DNA from: Vitrella brassicaformis CCMP3155
Taxonomy: Eukaryota > Protista > Chromerida
NCBI GenBank assembly: GCA_001179505.1
Contig: CDMY01000328.1
Span: 54,949-118,948 of the forward strand
Direction: 5' to 3'
DNA: 64,000 nucleotides
In this document: in pieces, positions 12,379-25,583 of the stretch
Layout of the letters: each line of letters starts with the position of its first letter
Position numbering within the stretch: position 1 is the first letter of the stretch
Notes under the pieces: model-generated
Database searches by the model: none
Seen by the model: the letters and a program-made list of their open reading frames with translations, nothing else
What the model was told of the DNA's origin: nothing
Position numbers and translations under genes: made by a program

Positions 12379-13157
12379 ATGTACCAGCACCAGCACCAGC
12401 AGCATCAGCAGCAGGCATCCGGTTCTGCTGTTGGTCAGCCTGGTGTGGGAGACGGCGGCAGCCCGGCGTATCCGCTGGACACGGAGAAGACGCTGCGTCC
12501 GGCTCTGCAGGACGTGTGTCACGAGTACCCCTATGAGGAGCTGCTTAGGGCGACCAACAACTTCGCTGCCGCCAGCCGGCTGGGCGAGGGCGCCAACGGG
12601 ACCGTCTACAAGGGCACACTCAACAACTTCACAGAGGTCGCCATCAAAGTACTCAGGGTGAGCAGAGCCGTCAGTCTGTCAGTCAGGACAGACCGACCCG
12701 AGCCGTGAGTGTCCACGTGTGGGTGTCGATCCGACAGGTGCCGACAGAGGGTGGATTCGAGGATGAGATCCGTGTGTTGAGCAAGTTCCGCCACCCCAAC
12801 CTGGTCACCCTCCTCGGGTGGGCGCGCCACGGCACCGACCGTCTGCTGGTGTACGAGCTGCTCAAGGGCGGCGACGTGTGTGACGTGCTGCACCCCAAGT
12901 CGGACAAGCACGGTGGTAGGCCCTTCCCCTGGCAGCACCGCCTCAACGTGGCCTACGAGGCGGCCTGCGGCCTCTCACACCTCCACTCGGCCAACCCAAA
13001 AGTCTTCCACCGCGACATCAAGAGCGCCAACATCCTCCTCGACAAAAACGGAACCGCCAAGATGGCCGACTTCGGCTTGGCCTGCAAGGCCAGGCGGAGG
13101 AGCCCCGGACAGGTCAATGTCGCTAAAGCAGAAGGTGGGTTTGGGAGAGGGGGAGGC

Positions 13158-13197
<40 letters not shown>

Positions 13198-13935
13198 GGG
13201 TGCTGTTTGTTTGTGTCGACTGACGTGTGTGTGTTCGATGCCATACATCAACCACAGGGACGCCTGGGTACGCCGACCCGCTGTATATCGAGACGTTGCG
13301 AGTGACGGAGAAGACAGAAGTGTACGCTTTCGGTAAGTCAGCCAGCTCACACATATACACATACCAGCTCACACATGACTGACGGCAACAGGCGAGGGAC
13401 ACCCACCCACCCACACACAGCCCATCCCTGATATCCCTGTTTGTCTGTGCGGTGGGTGCGTATACATCAAACCATTCCATCAGGCATGGTGTTGCTCGAG
13501 TTGCTGACAGCCCGTCCGCCGGCCATCTACAGCCCCGTCAACCCCACAGAGCTCATCTACCTCATCAAGCACATCAACAGGCACGACCACAGGTCCGTGC
13601 TGCCGCTCGTCGACCCCAGGGCCCAGTGGCCACACAAGATGCAGGAGGAAATCGCCAAACTCTCACTCAGGTACACACTGAACTCAACTCACACACGCTC
13701 GTATGAGATGTGCGGCACAGACCCGCCGGCCAATAAGGTCTCTGTGTGGGTCGTCCAGGTGTATAGCTGACAAGGAGAATGACCGCCCGACGTCAGTGGA
13801 GCTCGTGGGCGCCCTCCGCGACCTCGTCAACCAGACCCCCAACTTCCCCCAGGCACCCGCCCTGCCAATGGCCCCCTCGCCCCCGCCAGCTGTGAGGGCG
13901 CCATCGCCCATGCCGGCTGGTGCCCCTGCTGCTGC

Positions 13936-13967
<32 letters not shown>

Positions 13968-15396
13968 GGCCCAGCCACTCGCCGCCGATGGGACCGTATC
14001 CTGCGCAGGCGCCCCAGCTGTATGCCTACCAACAGGCGGCGGGCTTCGTGCAGCACTATCTGGCGCAGCAAGGTGGGCTGGGCTGCACACGAGGGGATAC
14101 TTCTGCAGAGCAGATGAGGTGATTGTCGATGTGTGTGTGTGTGTGTGTGTTCTGTTTGGTTTGTTTGGTCAGGTGGTGGCGGCGGCGCCCCGTTCCAGGC
14201 TGCGGCCATCGGGTACTACCCCCCTCCCCCTCCCGCCGCCCCCGGCCCGCCCCAGGGGCCGCCTGCCAACCACAACAACATCTACTACCCCCAGCCGCAC
14301 ACACCACCTCCCATCCAGGCGTCACCATCCCACCCACCATGGGCACCTGCACCGGCAGCACCCCCAGCGGCAGCAGCAGCAGCAGCAGCCGACAACCAGG
14401 CGCGCAGCCGCACACCCAAGCCCCCCGCGTCCATTCCCAGATCGTGGCAGCCATTGCGCTCGGCCACTGAGACCGACGCGCCCCACGCCGAGTTCAACGA
14501 GCCCCTCTTCTCGGTGGAGATCGGCGGCCCTGCGGTGGAGAGCATCCCGCCCGACCAGCGTGTGCGCAGCTTTGGGCCGCTCAAGGTGACGACTGAGGGC
14601 ACTCTGGTGCTGCAGGAGAGGTACCCGGTGATAGTGGGGCGCGGGTACGCCCCCCTGTACCACGAGAGCCTCATCGACGACAGCTGGTTCAACTGCGTCA
14701 GCCGCAAGCACTGCGAGATTGAGGTCGACGTGCACCGGCCCAGCGACGCCACCGTCAAGCTCGCGCTGTCCAAGGGCGCGCCCGCCAGCACCGTGGCACG
14801 CCATTTCGGCTTCCAGTACAGGTTCCGGCTCAAGTGTCTGAGCCCCAATCACATCTTCCTGGGCGACGAGCTGATCAAGATGGGTGGGTCGGCGTATCTG
14901 CAGCCGGACGACCGTGTGGTGCTGCTCAAGAACGCCCAGGGGGAGGTCATGACGTACTTCACCTTGAGTGTGGCGGGGGAGGTCGCTGACGCCGTGGTGG
15001 CCGGGGGAGGGGGAGGGGAGGAGGGGGCCAAGGCCAACGGAGTGGCGGGTGAGAACGTCGTGGTCAAGGAAATCCACGGTGAGAGGAGAAGGAAGAGAAC
15101 GCCGACACAGACACACAGTGCACTCTTCACTCCCATTCCCTCTCTCCTCTGTTGTCTCAGCTGACCAGCCCGCCCAGGGCGGCTCGCCTGCATCTCCCCC
15201 GCGCCCACCAGCCGCAGCTGCCGTCCCCTACCGTGCGCCGAACCCCGCCCCGGCCTTCCAGCCGAGGCCACAGGCACATGTGCCCATTGCCGCAGCCTAT
15301 GGTGGTGCTGGTGCTGGTGGGGTGGGTGTTGGTGGGATTCCCAATCAGCTTCAGCATCAAGATGGCGTGTTCGAAAGGTACTACTACCTGATATGA
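12379..15396 (+). CDS. IRAK/Pelle (RLK-like) Ser/Thr kinase with Pro/Ala-rich linker and C-terminal FHA domain
   Basis: YEELLRATNNF, LGEGANGTVYKG, VAIK, RHPNLVTLLG, HRDIKSANILLD, AKMADFGLA, GTPGYADP. Later VIVGR...VSRKHCEI...LSPNHIF (FHA G-R, S-x-x-H and N motifs). GT-AG introns can be traced. Confidence 0.9.
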
Positions 15397-15936
15397 TTAA
15401 CAAACAAGGGGGTGGGGGCAGTGAGTGTGGGTGGTTTGTTTGCCCGTGAAATGAGTGAGTCAGTGGAGTAGGTCAGTACGTGTGTGTGTGTGTGTGTGTG
15501 TTTGGTGAAAGGAAGGTCCAGCTCGCTGTGCTGGTATGTTTGTTCGGTGCTGTGCGTGTCAACGGTTAGTTCATTGGTTCGGCGGGGTCAGGTCAGGTAG
15601 GTAACCTACCTGAGTGAAGGCGTGTGGTGTGTTGGACGGTTGCGGTAGCATGTGTCTATGTGTGAGTGTGTCTGCTAAGGTCATCCATTTATCCATCCAT
15701 CCCTCTCTCCCTCCATCTCTCATCGATGGTTTGGACTGAACGTATGCCTTGTGCCGTGATCGGTCAGTCATTGGTGTCGCCAAGTCTCACACTCACACAC
15801 CTCTACACACACGTGGACCGTCTGGATGATCTTCCTAGTGCGATCGATAGCGTCTCTGCCTGTGCCTCGCTCTCTCGCAAGCTGACTGACATTTTCTAAA
15901 CTACATTCCATCAAGCCCCCACCCCCACACATCACA

Positions 15937-15956
15937 ATGGCTTATCCTGTGTCCCT

Positions 15957-15998
<42 letters not shown>

Positions 15999-16719
15999 TC
16001 ATTTCAGGTTCAAGAACCTTTTTGTCGGCGACAACAACCAGCCCATGAAGCCGTCCGACAGCCACCCGCCCTCCCAGCAGTCCCAGCAGTCTGACGGCAA
16101 GAGCGACAAGAGCACCAACGGCGCCGCCAAGGGCGTCAAGACCCGGCTGTTCGAGTCCGTCACCCCCCTGATAGACCAGCTGCGCGAGGGCTTCCACCAG
16201 ATGACCGGCCAGCACGGCAAGGTCATTCGAACCCCCACCATCACCGAGGAGGACGAGGCGGCCATGAACGGCCATGCATACGGCCGGCCATCGCGGCCCC
16301 GGCCGCCCCCTGGTGCGTCGCTCGAGTCGCCTGTGAGGGGGCGGGCCCACACGGGCAGCGACGACGTGACGACCACCCACCGGGGCTCTCTGCCGTGGAA
16401 GAAGAGCAGCAGCCACTTCAGCGAGGCCGACCGCGGCCGTTCGTCCACGCCCCCGAAGCGGCTGCCCACTCCCTCGCCACGGCGGGGGTCGCCCGTGCAG
16501 AGCATGTGGATGGACGAGCTCAGGAAGGAAAAGGAGCAGCGGGAGTCGGGGAGCGAACACAAAGAGACCTTCCAGCCGGCCGTGCCGGCAGGGGTGCTGC
16601 GGCCACCCGTGCAGATAGCGCCGTCGCACAGTGAGGGGAGTGCTGATGCTGATGGTGGGGAGCAGGACGCGTTTGACGTGCTGCGGGACAGGGCGGCGCT
16701 GCGGGATGATTATGTGTGA
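15937..16719 (+). CDS. Hypothetical low-complexity Ser/Pro/Arg-rich protein; 5' end uncertain
   Basis: GC3-rich exon after the acceptor tttcag at about 16008, open to TGA at 16719. No domain recognised. Confidence 0.45.
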
Positions 16720-17159
16720 CTGATCGGTGGGGAGCGTTGACGTAGGCTGATAGCTAGCTACTCATGGGTGTACGTGGGCTGGAGGGAGGGAGGGGTATGG
16801 GACAATTCAATGACGACTGATAGTGTGGTGATGACCTGCATGAGACATCATCTTCTTGTTGCCGTTTCCTGTTCGTTTCTGAGGCCGGCCGGTATTTGTC
16901 AAGTCTAATGCGTGGGGCCCACATGCATGTACGCATTGACTCACTCGGCATGTGTATGGTACATCAACAGAAATCTTGATTGCAATCATTGGAAAAAACG
17001 CGAAAAAGAACATGGAAGACTCACACACTGCACAAATGGAACAGGGTCACAGCGAATGTCTCACCGACACACAGAGGACAGACACACACCCCTATAGTCT
17101 TATGGTTGCCCGTCGCCCGTCTGTCTGCTTTTCCGTACTACCCACCTATCGCCCGTCAC

Positions 17160-20100
17160 TCAGAACGACCTTTTCTTGATAACCATAGGCAGCTCCAGCG
17201 CCACATTTGACGCTCGATGTCCACCAGGCTGTCCTACAAATCGGCTTTCGTTGAGGAAGATTCCTGCCATTCCAGCGGTCACTGACGAAGGTGTCGCAGC
17301 CGAAACTGACCATTCACGCTGCCGGCTGCTTGACGCGGGTGTCACCAGGGAGCCTCTCTGCGCGCCTGACGGACCACCAGATGGTGCTGGTGACATGATG
17401 CCGCCAGCAAATGCCACCGGCGAGACGGACAGCGGCCCCTCGGTGCGGTATGCGGCTGGCGATGGCACATGCATCTGCCCCGCCCGGCCCCACGCTCGTC
17501 TGGAGGATGGCATCGGATAGCCGCCATGCTCGTACTGCCGTATGAGGATCTGGATGGGGTCGTTTTGCAGCTCGGCCTTCTCTGTCTTGGTGTTCTTCCT
17601 GCGCCACTCGCGGAGCGTGCCTAACCGCCTGGTCGACCCCGGCGACTGTGGGTTGACTCGCGAGGGCCCCTTGCCGGCAACGAAGCTCGGTCTCGACACA
17701 GGGGGGAGCTCTTCGGCGATGTCTGGCGACGACGCGCGCTTCGACGGGGAAGCGTCCTCGCCACCCTTGACCGCGGCGGTACGGCGTCTCATGAGGTCAA
17801 CAAAGCTGAAGCGGCCCTTCCGTCGCGCAAAGGTGGCGAGAGAAAAGAAGGCACTTCGGGGCGACTGCGCCGGAGCTTTCTCTTGCACCGTCGACTCCTC
17901 TCCCTCCGTGTCAGTGGCGCTTTTCTGCTTATCGAACCGAACGCTGCGGATGCTGGTGCGGGACTCGTGCGTCGGCAATCTCTCCGTTGGCTCCCCAGCG
18001 TCGTCTGGCTCTGCCTCCCCTGTATGGCTGACCGGGGCGGGTGGTTCTGAGATGGATCGCCGAGGTCCCTTTGACGGTGACTGGCCGGGACTCACCGAGA
18101 AGGACGTCCGAGATGACTGCTGGCGCGCGAGAAGAAGGAGGTCGGAAAGTTCGGCCATCTGGCTTGCCCGCCGGGTGTCTCTCGCTTGCCTGACTTCTTC
18201 TGCTTGTGGGGAAAAGGCGTTGTCGTCCGCCTCTGTCTCATCCTCCTCCTCCTCTGTCAGCTCAGACGGGAACTTCCCCGTCACCTGCCGCTGGATCTTC
18301 CTCCTAGGTGGCGACTTGGAGGGCGAGGACATCACTGGACTCGATCCCTCCTTTTTGTCGGTTGGCGTCTGGCCCGGTGTGGTTTCCTTGATGGCTGGCA
18401 TCGTCGACCGGAGCACAAAGCCGCCGCTGGAATCGCTCCGCCGCCACAGCCCGCCCCGCTTTGGCGACTGGATGGACACGTGGTCGTAGAGCCGATGCCG
18501 TGACGACCTCCCAGCTGAGGGAAGGAGGATGGAATGCATGGACGCGGCTGACATGACGCTTTGCCGGCTGGGAAGGGGCAGCGTGCGGCTGCCAGGCTGT
18601 TCTCTCACATATGGGGGGAAAGAAGTGTCATTGTCATCGTCGAGTGTCTCCAGGCTCTCAGTCGACCCACGCCGCATGTCGCCGGTGGTCTTGCGTCTGA
18701 GCGGCCCATCCCGTCTCCGTTTTCGTGTGAAAATGCTCCTGGCGCTGCCGAAGATGGTCCGGGGTCTTCTCTCCGGTCCTTTCTCCTCTCGCACAGTTGT
18801 GGGAGGTGGTGCAGGGGGGGCGGCCGACATGCGCTCTCTGTCCTCGACGCGCTGTGCAGCCTGTCTCAGCGCCTGCCGCTGTTGCATGGTTGAGGTGAAT
18901 TCCATGTGTGTCTTGGGCGATGGCTCCCGCTGGTTGTAGCTCTTCTGCAGCTCGTCAAAGCGGTGCTGGAGATTCTCTAACTCCTCTTTGAGGGCATTCA
19001 GGCGATACCTGCATACGTGCATATGATGTGCACATTATGCACCATTGCATGCACATCGTGTGCAGTGATTGGGTGGCCCCTTACCAGAGTACACCGTTCT
19101 TGACGGGGTCGATCTCGGAGATGCGCTGGTCACACTGCACCCACCCATCGCATACACGAATGCATCCAGAAATCGAGATCTCGATCCATGTTTGCTCGTT
19201 TCTATGTTTGTGCGTACCCGCTCCTGGTAAAGACACACGCGATGGTACGCCACCTCCCGTATGATGGTGAACATGTCGGGGAAAGCGTCCATCAGCTCGA
19301 AAAAGTGATCACGCCGCAGCGCCATCACAGAGCAATCCTCAATCGCCTGGGCAGAATAAGGATGCTTCATCTGCTCGTCACACACGGCACAGCACACGGA
19401 GCGACGGGCCCAAGTAAGTTAGGGAGGCGCCATTATAATGTATTGCTTGTGTCCACGTTGGCGTATGCATACTTGGTAGACCAGGGCGGTCTCTCCGAAG
19501 AATGAGCCCGGGTACATGTAGCTGCCGATGAGGGACTCAATGCCTCTCAGTGTGGGCAGATCCGCCTCGCCAGGGTGGCCGCGGACCGTCTCCCGACGGA
19601 TCTGTGACACACACAGAGTGAGCATACACATCCATGCATGACCAACATCAGTCTTTGTGCGTGCGTCTCGGTCGGTGCCCACCGCGTTGGTGAGTAAATC
19701 CGAAAATGGTTCCACGCTGATCTTGACACATCCCGAGACGACAAAGTACAGATGGGTGGGCACTTCGTTCACCAGAAAAAAGGAATCACCCGTCACAAAC
19801 GTCTGCAAGTAAGTAACACGTACGTCACAGTGACCGAGACACGCACACACAGGCTGGGCTGGCTCACTGTTGCTTTGAGGTGCTTGACGAGAAACACGAG
19901 GAAGCCCCGGTCGACGGCATCGGCGCTCAGAATGGGATTCGACTGACACACGCACACACACAAGCAAGAAAGAGAAAGCAGTATGTGTGCCAGCCAAGAA
20001 AGGGATATGGATGCTGTGCAAGCTTACCGCGATCAGGCTCTGTGCTGAATGCAGACACACCTTGATGTGCGTCGCGTGAGACAAATCGCCCTGAAAATGG

Positions 20101-20637
20101 ATGGATGATACCGATGAGACGGTGAGTCAAAAATTGAGCCGCCGTGTACGGTCCTCCCGATTGATTACCTACCTGCATTGCTTCCTCGTCGAACATTTTC
20201 TTCTTAGGCCACCTCACTTCGTGATACAGCCTCATTCTACACACGAGACACAGACTCAGAGGTACGTGTACGCGCCAGAGAGCATCTTGCCAGGCGCACC
20301 TGTGCTGCAGCGACAGTGGGAGTTTCATTTTTGCCATGTAGTGGTTGAGCTCGTCCAGATGCCGCTCGTACGCCTGGCCGGCCGCATCCAGATGGCTCAT
20401 CATCCCCGCCACCAAACCAATAATGCCTGAGGAAGGAAAAGAGAACGAGAGGAAAGAACAAAGAGACTGTGGTGTTCATTTAGTTGTCGTGTGTGTGTGT
20501 GTGTGGTGTGTGGTGTGTGGTGTGTGGTGTGTGTGGTGTCACCTGAGAAGAGCGCGGCGCCGATGGTCATTGAGACGGTCGTCAGCCACAGCTCAACTAT
20601 CAAGCGGGGCTCATCGCGACCATAACTACACAATACA

Positions 20638-20672
<35 letters not shown>

Positions 20673-22071
20673 GCCAATGAATGCTTCCAGCTGCTCATCG
20701 GAGCGTTGACAATGAGAAGCTATGACAGCCCTCTGTCTGAGGCTGACTGACTCACCCGATGGATAGCGTGTGTGAGGCTGAGTAGAAGAGCGCCCAGGTG
20801 TACTGGTCCATGCGTGTCGCTTCTGTCAGGTCCAGCAGCGCCACCCAGCTGTTTGGATGGAAGTCGTCGAACCGAGCGGTCAGGAACGAGAAACACGCCA
20901 TGATGTGCGCAAACAGCACAAGGAAGCTGAAGATGCCCGTCATCCGCGCGAACGTCGTCTTCAGCCGGATCTCCACCAGCTCCGTGTGCATATACCGCAC
21001 CAGGCGACAAATACGCAGCAGCCTCACGTACCGCAGCGTACGTATTTGCGAGATGTGGTCCTCACACGCGTAGCCCAGAAAATCCAGCGGGAGCGTGCCG
21101 ATCAAGTCACAGAAAAATCGCGTCTTGAGGTAGTGCCACGCCGCAGCTCTCTTCTCGAGCACCAGATGGCCCTCTTTGACATATCCGGTGAGGAAATTGA
21201 CGCATAGGTCTGCGACCATCAGGACATCCGAGAGGAGACACAGCGCGAGCATCAGCAAGTTCTCCCACGCCATGTCGTCAGGCTCGATGCCCCAGTCATC
21301 ATAGAAGGCCACACGAATGGGGATAATGATGATGTCCAGCACGATGAAGAAGCTGACAATGATGTTCCATATCCGGCGGAAGCGGCCTGTGGGGTGGAAG
21401 GCCTTGCCAGTCTTGGCCTTGGTCAGCACCTTGTCCTTCGCCGTCGTGCCGAATACCCTGTGGGCTATGTCCCTCATACCGGGGTAAGACCCCGACAAGG
21501 CGGATCTCATGCGAGCGAGCCGCCCCGACGTCAGCCGCTTGAAGCTGCTCCTCCAGCTCCGAACGCTGCCAACCGATACCCGCTCGGCACCCATCCGACC
21601 ATGAATGTCTCCCGCGCTGAAGCTGGTGACCGACTGTCGGTGAGCATGGCTGACCTTCTGCACTGCGTCAGCCATTCGCGAGAGCACGTCCTGATGGCTG
21701 CTCGGCGACGGCGTCTTGCCTGGCGAGCCGAAGGGCGCCACCGGTGATTGAAGGACATCCAATGAGGCCCTTTTCCGGGCTGCCAGCGTGGCAGCTGGGG
21801 CTGGAGGCAGGACAATCTCATGGCTCTTTGTGGTCTCGCCGCTCTTGGTCCTGGCAGGCTGAGAGTTGGCGTCGGCGCCCAGGGGCCCCATGGCGGCCTG
21901 GCGGGCCGCGAATGTGCTGTTGGTGGGGGCGGGTGGAGTGCTGGGCTGGATAACAACGCGGGGAGTCAGTGACAGGTTGGGCGACGAGGGAGTCCTCCGC
22001 ATCCATCCCTGCGCCTCCTCGTCACCAGTGTCCCACAACGACGGATCCTCCAATGCCAGAGCGGCAGCCAT
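17160..22071 (-). CDS. HCN-like 6-TM voltage-gated cation channel with C-linker, cyclic-nucleotide-binding homology domain and long disordered C-tail
   Basis: FHPTGRFRRIWN, S4 RTLRYVRLLRICRLVRYMH, pore SASHTLSIG|YG across an intron (HCN: SHMLCIGYG), ELWLTTVSMTIGAA, C-linker YERHLDELNHYM...LP, and CNBD YFVVSG...FFGE. Confidence 0.9.
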
Positions 22072-22381
22072 CGTGCCTTTTGACTTTTATTGATGTCTTG
22101 ACCAGGTCGTGAATCGAAATCAGCTGGAATCACGCTGATGCAAATGTATGGTCGGCAGTAACTGTTCAGGCAGCTGAGCGGCGGATAGAAGGGCCAAGAG
22201 GGGATAGAGGGATGTCGGTGACCACCATATCGTTGCGACCAACATAGTTGGCTCCCTGTCTGATGGGGCCGGCTATGTTGGCGGTTTGTTTGAAAGAGTA
22301 GAGAGAAAATCCACTAGCCATATGGCTGTCGCTCTCGCGCGGTGTGGAAGAATTACGCGAGTTGCAACACAATGTTCTCGC

Positions 22382-22390
22382 AAGCTCGCA
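22382..22390 (+). promoter_or_regulatory. Upstream motif copy (AAGCTCGCA)
   Basis: In the divergent intergenic region between the channel gene and the 22682 gene. Confidence 0.5.
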
Positions 22391-22681
22391 TTCCGCGAAA
22401 CCGCTCCCCGCGATTGCGATTTGAGAGAGGCGGAAGGAAGGAAGGAAGAAGGAAGGAAGAAGGAAGCAAGAGGTGTTCGGGAGATTTGATACGCCCTGTG
22501 CGTCTTCCATCCTCGACACTCCAGCGCGCATCTCTCTCGTGACGTTCTTCCCTCCCCGCTCTCGCTGGCATCCAACTCCCCAGTGCGCGCAGCATCTGTG
22601 GATCCGGCTCTGCATGCGCATGCGCCAGCTGGTGTGCTGATCGTCCACTGCGTCTCGGTCTCATCTCCCGTGCAGCACAGC

Positions 22682-23554
22682 ATGCCTCCCTCCCCGCGCA
22701 CACCCAAGCTGATCCAGTTTGCACTCTGCAAGGGTGGCAATGCCCTGTCGGCGGACATCCCTGACGTGACGCCCACCTTCCCCCCCTCCCAGCTCTCCGG
22801 TCAGCAACCCAACCACTCATTCTCTATCGGCTGGCTTGATGGTGATGAAGGTCCCAACAGTTCGGCTGTGGCGGTGTGTGTGGCCCCACTGGTGCAGCAC
22901 CGGTTCCGCCGCACCCCCGTTGCGCCACACTACATCCGGGCGAGGCTGCACGAGGCGCTCCTCGCCGAGCTCAACGTCGAGGAGGCTGAGGGGGATGGCG
23001 ATGCGGATGAAGGAAGCGAGCACTCGTCACCTGCCCCGTCGCTGCCCGTCGAGTCGCTCGTGGCAGCCATCCTGGTCGACGACACGCGATCAGACCTGCT
23101 CCGCATCATCACCAAGGCGCCCCCCTTCTCGTCGGCAACAGGTGCGTGTGTCGGCGTGACAGCCCTGGACATCTACCTCCCGCCGCAGTACCCCACTCGC
23201 GCTCTCAAGGTCGCTCTGGCGCCGTTCCTCTCATACACGCCCGCAGACCTCTTCACGCTCGCCTCCCTCGTCCACCGCCAGACAGAGGCAGGGCCGTCCC
23301 GCATCAAGTGGACGCGCAAGCATGGCTCGGTGATGGCGGATGTGCGCGTCAAGGGGGTGATTGGCGAGTGTGTGAGGGGCGTGAGTGAGGGTTTCGGTGA
23401 TGGCTTGGAGGGTGAGAGGGCGGCGGGCGGCAGTGGTGGTGTGAAGGTGCCGTTGACGCATCGGCTGCAGCAGCATCGGGCTGGTGTGTGGAAGACCCGG
23501 TGTCTGCAGGGAGGGGTGGTCGAGCCCATGCAGAATGCAACTGATGGTGAGTAG
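22682..23554 (+). CDS. Hypothetical single-exon protein
   Basis: ATG 22682 in frame with ORF 22583-23554; GC3-rich codon usage; divergent from the channel gene. Confidence 0.55.
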   Translation: MPPSPRTPKLIQFALCKGGNALSADIPDVTPTFPPSQLSGQQPNHSFSIGWLDGDEGPNSSAVAVCVAPLVQHRFRRTPVAPHYIRARLHEALLAELNVEEAEGDGDADEGSEHSSPAPSLPVESLVAAILVDDTRSDLLRIITKAPPFSSATGACVGVTALDIYLPPQYPTRALKVALAPFLSYTPADLFTLASLVHRQTEAGPSRIKWTRKHGSVMADVRVKGVIGECVRGVSEGFGDGLEGERAAGGSGGVKVPLTHRLQQHRAGVWKTRCLQGGVVEPMQNATDGE

Positions 23555-24000
23555 AGAGAGCCTAAGGGCAGGAACTGATGCATGTCAGGCAGGGAGGCAT
23601 AGATACACACATGCATTGATGGCTGGCTTGGCTTGTGTGGTTCAGACTGTCGGTCGTGGGTGAGCCTCTTCGTGGCGCTGGTGCGGGAGGACCTCAACCA
23701 ACTCTGCAAGACGTAAGCCGAGACAACCAACACAGCCAACCAGCTGACTGACCTGCGCAACCTCTCTGTGTCCCATTCTGCTTCCTCTGTCAAATTTCCA
23801 TCAGTTGGCGGTCCAATCCGCCCTCTCCCCACCTGCAGCGGGTGCTCGATGACCTCACTCAGCTCACAGCAGCGACCACCCCCTCCCTCCCCCTCCCCCT
23901 CCACGCCCACGCCCACACCCACACTCACGCACCCCCGCTCACACTCACTGGCGGCTCATCATCACAGCTGTGCGATACGGAAGACCTGGAGGGCCCACCG

Positions 24001-25583
24001 ATGGCAGCGGTGCCCCCACCCACCAACACCAACAGCAGCACACCCACACACACACCGGCGACCAGCGCCATCAAGCGTGACCACGAGGCGCTGCCCCCGG
24101 GCATCATCCTGTCGCTGGAGCATCAGCCGGACCGGCACGACCTCCCCCCGGTGCTCAACGCGGCCATGCAGGCCATCCACGCATGGCAGCAACGGGGTGG
24201 TGAGGAGCAGGCCGACGACGGCGTGTTCGACGAGGGCAGCAGTCTGGAGCGGCCTGTCCGTCGGCTGACGGCCGACGGGCTGCGTGTTGCGTCGCGCCGG
24301 TCGATGTCGCTGCCGACAACCAGCAGTGAGGAGATGGTGAACGGCCCCTGCCCGATATGTCTGGAGTCGTTCGGCCCGTCGCCGCTGCGTGGGAGGAAGA
24401 TGGTGCGGATGGAGGGGGGATGCCGCCACGGGCTGTGCCTGTCGTGTGCCGCCGACTGGCTCGTCAAGCAGGCAGAACAGGGGCAGCTCCCCGCCAAATG
24501 CCCGGTACATAAGTCACCTCAGCTCAGCTCGCNNNNNNNNNNNNNNNNNNNNNNNNNNNNNNNNNNNNNNNNNNNNNNNNNNNNNNNNNNNNNNNNNNNN
24601 NNNNNNNNNNNNNNNNNNNNNNNNNNNNNNNNNNNNNNNNNNNNNNNNNNNNNNNNNNNNNNNNNNNNNNNNNNNNNNNNNNNNNNNNNNNNNNNNNNNN
24701 NNNNNNNNNNNNNNNNNNNNNNNNNNNNNNNNNNNNNNNNNNNNNNNNNNNNNNNNNNNNNNNNNNNNNNNNNNNNNNNNNNNNNNNNNNNNNNNNNNNN
24801 NNNNNNNNNNNNNNNNNNNNNNNNNNNNNNNNGGGGGGGGGGGGAGGGGAACGGACAGACAAGACATACAGACAACCATCTTTCTGTCTTGCGCTGTGTT
24901 GCGTTGTGTTGTGTGGTGGGTGCAGGTGTGTCGCACAGGCTACCTGGCTCGCGAGGCCGCCCGCCAGATCTGGGAGGAGGGGGAGGACATAGCCACACCA
25001 TCGGCGGCATCATCCCACCACCGACCCTCCACCGCCGCACACACCACAACTCGCCCGGTGCCACGTCTGCCATCATCGTCGTCTAGCCAGTCCATGTACG
25101 ACCGCCTGGAGGAGACGGCTCGCGCACGCCGCGCCGAGGGGGACGCGGAGCGACTCTCGCCAGAGCACGTGCAGCAAGTCATGTCGGTAAGCAAACGAAA
25201 CGACAGAGCAACGGCCAAGGAGAGGTCAGGTGGGGAGAGCTCATTGGTGGGCCGTGTGTGTCATGTGTGGGGGACTGACTGCAGGGCGATGTGGAGTTCC
25301 ACGGGTTCCGCGAGTGCCCCGGGTGTGGCGTGGCAGTCGAGCGGGCGGGGGCATACGACGATATCACATGCAGGTGAGTCGGTGAGTCAGTCGGTGGGAG
25401 GGCGGGACGGTGAGAGGGAGGGAGGGTGGCTTGACCGACCAATGTGTGTGTGTGTGTGTGTTGTGGTCATGCAGGTGTGGCGTTCGGTTCTGCTACGCGT
25501 GCGGCGGTCGGCTGGGCACGATGGGCGTGTGGTCGCTGCTGCTCCACCGGTCCGTCTGCCGAAGAAACCCACACTTCTTCTGA
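24001..25583 (+). CDS. RING + IBR/Rcat-like (RBR-family) protein
   Basis: CPICLE...CRHGLCLSC...KCP (RING). Spliced FRECPGCGVAVERAGAYDDITCR|CGVRFCYACG, ending NPHFF-TGA at 25583. Gap 24533-24832 lies inside an intron. Confidence 0.8.

Noticed and set aside
13310-13335. Kinase subdomain IX reads EVYAFG instead of DVYSFG
   Set aside because: Conservative change; VAIK, HRD and DFG are intact, so no case for a pseudokinase.
20485-20545. Tandem (GGTGTGT)n array
   Set aside because: Intronic simple repeat with no unique spacers; not CRISPR-like.
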